The notes beneath the pieces are model-generated. The model was given only the letters and a program-made list of their open reading frames with translations. It searched no databases and was not told the DNA's origin. From the NCBI GenBank assembly GCA_030038355.1, contig JASHPB010000098.1, forward strand, positions 586 to 64,585: a stretch of 64,000 bases of DNA, written 5' to 3'. A program made the translations under genes and the position numbers. Position 1 is the stretch's first letter. Each line of letters starts with the position of its first letter. The stretch is from Candidatus Binataceae bacterium (GTDB taxonomy: Bacteria; Desulfobacterota; Binatia; Binatales; Binataceae). This document shows positions 61,053 through 64,000 of this stretch, piece after piece.

Positions 61053-62099
61053 ATGGGAAATCCGGCGAATGATGAGACCTGCTATTTGCTCCGTATCCGC
61101 GAGGTGGTCGAGGAAACGGACGAGGCCAAGTCTCTGGTCTTCGAGGTGCCGCCCGCCGCTGCCGAAATATTTCGCTACCGCCCCGGGCAATTCCTGACAC
61201 TTCGTATTCCGCACGAAGGGCGGCATCTGCTGCGCTGCTATTCGCTCGCAAGCTGCCCGCTGACTGATGAAGCGCCGCGCGTAACAGTCAAGCGGGTTGC
61301 CGATGGGCGCGCTTCGAACTGGATCTGCGATCGGCTAAAGGCGGGAGACACGATCGAGGTGAAGGCTCCCGCCGGTCACTTCACGCCCCGTTCGTTGGAC
61401 GGCGATTTTCTGTTCTTTGCCGGCGGCAGCGGTATCACGCCCATCATGTCGATCATCAAGTCCGCGCTGCACGGTGGGTGTGGGCGATTGCTCCTCATTT
61501 ATGCGAATCGAGACGAGCGCTCAGTTATATTCCGCGACGAGCTGAAGGCGCTCGTTCGCGAGCATCCGTCGCGGTTGCAAATCGTTCACTGGCTCGATTC
61601 CGTGCAGGGAATTCCGCTTGCGGCGAACCTCGAGCACTCGGCGAAACCGTTTTCCACCGCCGACTGCTACATCTGCGGGCCTGAGCTCTTCATGGACGGC
61701 GCTCTGAGAGCGCTCCGCGCGCTAGGATTGCCGCCCTCACGTATTCATGTCGAACGATTCGTCTCGCTGCCCGACCAAGAAGACGCAGCAGCAGAGGAAG
61801 CTCCGGCGCCCGCGGCGGATGCTGAGATCCAGCTCGAAGTTGAACTGGACGGAGTTCATCACAAGCTGATATGCAGGCGGAGCGAGCCTCTGCTCAATGC
61901 GATGCTGCGCGCGGGCCTCAAGGCACCGCATTCATGCCGCGCCGGGGCCTGCGCCACCTGCATGTGCACCCTGGAAGCGGGCGAGGTTCATCTGCGCAAC
62001 AACCAGGTGCTCGACAAGAACGATCTCGCGCAGGGCTGGATTCTCGCTTGCCAGGCGATTGCCGACACTCCGTCGGTGAAGGTCAGATTTCCGGATTAA
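61053..62099 (+). CDS. kshB: FNR-type oxidoreductase with C-terminal plant-type [2Fe-2S] ferredoxin domain (KshB / class IA oxygenase reductase-like)
   Basis: RxYS FAD motif (RCYSLAS), NAD motif GGSGITP, C-terminal CRAGACATCMC...C ferredoxin ligands. 348 aa, typical of KshB/PaaE-type reductases. Confidence 0.85.
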   Translation: MGNPANDETCYLLRIREVVEETDEAKSLVFEVPPAAAEIFRYRPGQFLTLRIPHEGRHLLRCYSLASCPLTDEAPRVTVKRVADGRASNWICDRLKAGDTIEVKAPAGHFTPRSLDGDFLFFAGGSGITPIMSIIKSALHGGCGRLLLIYANRDERSVIFRDELKALVREHPSRLQIVHWLDSVQGIPLAANLEHSAKPFSTADCYICGPELFMDGALRALRALGLPPSRIHVERFVSLPDQEDAAAEEAPAPAADAEIQLEVELDGVHHKLICRRSEPLLNAMLRAGLKAPHSCRAGACATCMCTLEAGEVHLRNNQVLDKNDLAQGWILACQAIADTPSVKVRFPD

Positions 62100-62121
62100 G
62101 CGCTTCCGCGCGGAGCGTTTG

Positions 62122-62952
62122 TCAGCCCTCGCGCAGGAAAGTCAGACACTCGCGATTGAACAGCTCGCGATGCTCGACCATCACCCAGTGCCCGCATCGG
62201 TTGAGCAGCACGAAGCGCGCGTTCGGGCAGTTCTCGAGGATCTTCATCGCGCCGCCGACCGGGTTGAAGCGATCGTTGGTTCCCCAGAAGCCTAGCAGCG
62301 GGCATTTGATTTCGCCGAGCCGCGGCGCCATGTTCGGCACGCGCATCGTTGAAAGCACAGTGCGCGGCTGCATCGCGCATACGCCGACCCGCTCCTCGAG
62401 CAGCTCTTCGGTGATGTGCGAGGCGTCGAAAAGCTGCAGCGTGAGCAGGCGGCGCATCGAGTCGGTGTCCATCGGACCGGCCGCAAACACCTGGATCATC
62501 TTGCTGATGCCTTCCATCTGGAGATAGACCGGCAGGTCCTCGACGCCGCCAGGAGCCATCAGGATTAGGCGAGTCACGAGTTGCGGATAGTCCAGCGTGT
62601 ACTTGAGCGCGATCGCGCCGCCCAAAGAGTTGCCGAGCAGTGTGAATCGCGCGAGGCCGATCTTCTCGACGAGCCCGTGCACGCCGGCGACGAAGAAGTC
62701 GAGCGTGTACTGCGCGTCTTCCGGTTTCGATGAAAGCCCGAATCCCGGCAGGTCGGGCACGATCGCGCGAAAGCCGGCGTCCGCAAACACGGGGAAGTTG
62801 CCCTTGAAGTTGCTGTAGCCGCTCGCGCCCGGACCGCTGCCGTGCAGAAAAATCACCGGCGCGCCCTTGCCGGCCTCGTGGTAATGAATAGTCAATCCAC
62901 TCGCGATTTGTGCGTACTTTCCCTGCGGAATCGGGATCTTAGTGCCGCTCAT
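62122..62952 (-). CDS. Alpha/beta-hydrolase, meta-cleavage-product (C-C bond) hydrolase HsaD/BphD-like
   Basis: 276 aa. HGSGPGASG oxyanion region, nucleophile GNSLGG, and a C-terminal His in CGHWVMVEH. Length and motifs are those of the MCP hydrolases. Confidence 0.85.
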   Translation of the reverse strand: MSGTKIPIPQGKYAQIASGLTIHYHEAGKGAPVIFLHGSGPGASGYSNFKGNFPVFADAGFRAIVPDLPGFGLSSKPEDAQYTLDFFVAGVHGLVEKIGLARFTLLGNSLGGAIALKYTLDYPQLVTRLILMAPGGVEDLPVYLQMEGISKMIQVFAAGPMDTDSMRRLLTLQLFDASHITEELLEERVGVCAMQPRTVLSTMRVPNMAPRLGEIKCPLLGFWGTNDRFNPVGGAMKILENCPNARFVLLNRCGHWVMVEHRELFNRECLTFLREG

Positions 62953-63112
62953 AATTCCTCCACGGCGAGCGAGCAGATCCTCGTGGTGGAGGCGCGCCGA
63001 TGCATCGTCCGATCAGACTATCGCACAGATATCGTTTGTCTGACGCGGCAGCCGACGACCATGGAATTGGCAACAGAGTTGCGCAAAGGTCATGAACAAG
63101 GAGAAGAACGCG

Positions 63113-63955
63113 ATGGAAAAACGGATCAGCGTTTGTCTCACCTTCGATTTCGACGCGATCTCGCTCTGGCTCGGTGGCTTTCGAGCGTCGTCGCTGAGCG
63201 CGATATCGCGCGGCGAGTTCGGCCGCGTCGGCGCCGAGCGGCTGCTAAATCTGCTCCACGAACGCGGGATCCGCTCCACCTGGTTCGTGCCGGGGCATAG
63301 CGCCGAGACTTTTCCCGCGATAGTCGAGCGGCTCGCGAAAGACGGCCACGAGATCGGCCATCACGGCTACCTGCACACGCATCCGAAGGACGCGGACGAT
63401 GAGGCCGCGATCCTCGACCGCGGCACCAAGGTGATCGAGCGGATGACGGGAAAGAAGCCGATCGGATTCCGCTCGCCCGGAGCGGGACTCAGCTTCAACA
63501 TGGTGAAGCTGCTCCGCGAACGCGGCTTCTCGTACGATTCGAGCCTGATGGCCGACGATTTCTCAGCGTACTACATGCGCGAGGACGACAATCCGCAGGC
63601 GGACGGGCCGTACCAGTTCGGCAAACCGATCGACCTGGTCGAAATTCCGTTCACCTGGGGGCTCGATGATTTTCCCGCCTTCGAGTACGTGACGAGCCGC
63701 GCCGGAATCCAGCAGGGGCTGTCGTCGCCGTCCGCGGTTTATGAAATCTGGGCAGGTGATTTCGATTACCTCTACCTGCGAATTGGTAAGGGCGTGTATG
63801 TCCTGACGATGCATCCGCAGGTGATTGGCCGCGGGCATCGGATGCTGATGCTGGAGCGATTGATTGACCATATCGCCGGCCATCGCGAGGTCAAGTTCAT
63901 GTCGATGGCGGAGGCGGCCGCCGAGTTCCGACGCGAGCATCCCCTGCCGCGCTAA
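63113..63955 (+). CDS. Polysaccharide deacetylase / NodB-homology-domain (carbohydrate esterase 4-like) protein
   Basis: ATG 63113 with RBS AAGGAGAAGAA. TFDFD (MT1 Asp-Asp), HGYLHTH (MT2 His-His), and the further LTMHPQVIGRG block typical of CE4/LamB-YcsF-like deacetylases. Confidence 0.8.
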   Translation: MEKRISVCLTFDFDAISLWLGGFRASSLSAISRGEFGRVGAERLLNLLHERGIRSTWFVPGHSAETFPAIVERLAKDGHEIGHHGYLHTHPKDADDEAAILDRGTKVIERMTGKKPIGFRSPGAGLSFNMVKLLRERGFSYDSSLMADDFSAYYMREDDNPQADGPYQFGKPIDLVEIPFTWGLDDFPAFEYVTSRAGIQQGLSSPSAVYEIWAGDFDYLYLRIGKGVYVLTMHPQVIGRGHRMLMLERLIDHIAGHREVKFMSMAEAAAEFRREHPLPR

Positions 63956-64000
63956 AATCGCTCCATGAAAATGAAAACGGCGGCGGGCTTTGGCACCCGC

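Overview
High-GC (~63%) bacterial chromosomal segment with dense coding on both strands (about 55 protein genes), GGAGG-type ribosome-binding sites and frequent 4-nt ATGA/GTGA start-stop overlaps. No rRNA, tRNA or CRISPR array was recognised by eye.

Main content:
- From about 52.3 kb to the window end there is a catabolic island of enzymes that look like bacterial steroid A/B-ring degradation enzymes: KshA-like Rieske oxygenase, KshB-like reductase, two KstD-like FAD dehydrogenases, an HsaA-like ACAD-fold monooxygenase, an HsaD-like meta-cleavage-product hydrolase, hydroxysteroid-dehydrogenase-like SDRs and an embedded LuxR-type regulator.
- A second catabolic locus (10.6-22.7 kb) carries a Zn-ADH, a 3alpha/20beta-HSD-like SDR, a heteromeric-looking pair of family III CoA-transferases plus a MetE-like protein behind a riboswitch-like leader, an enoyl-CoA hydratase and two amidohydrolase-2 genes.
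- The conserved prkA-yeaH-spoVR stress operon is split by a ~0.9 kb lower-GC insertion carrying inverted palindromic repeats.
- There are four PhyH-family dioxygenase paralogs, two of them beside TetR regulators. One sits in a TetR-PhyH-DmpA-transglutaminase-like putative operon.
- Tandem amidases are followed by a GT2 glycosyltransferase and a UDP-sulfoquinovose synthase (sqdB) that carries an in-frame amber codon.
- A CsoR-type metal repressor with a perfect 32-bp palindromic operator sits upstream of a shattered rcnA-like permease.
- The window is unusually rich in gene remnants: an IS110 fragment, DUF2924, FkbM, P-loop and carboxylesterase fragments, and three in-frame nonsense codons that are all transition-type.
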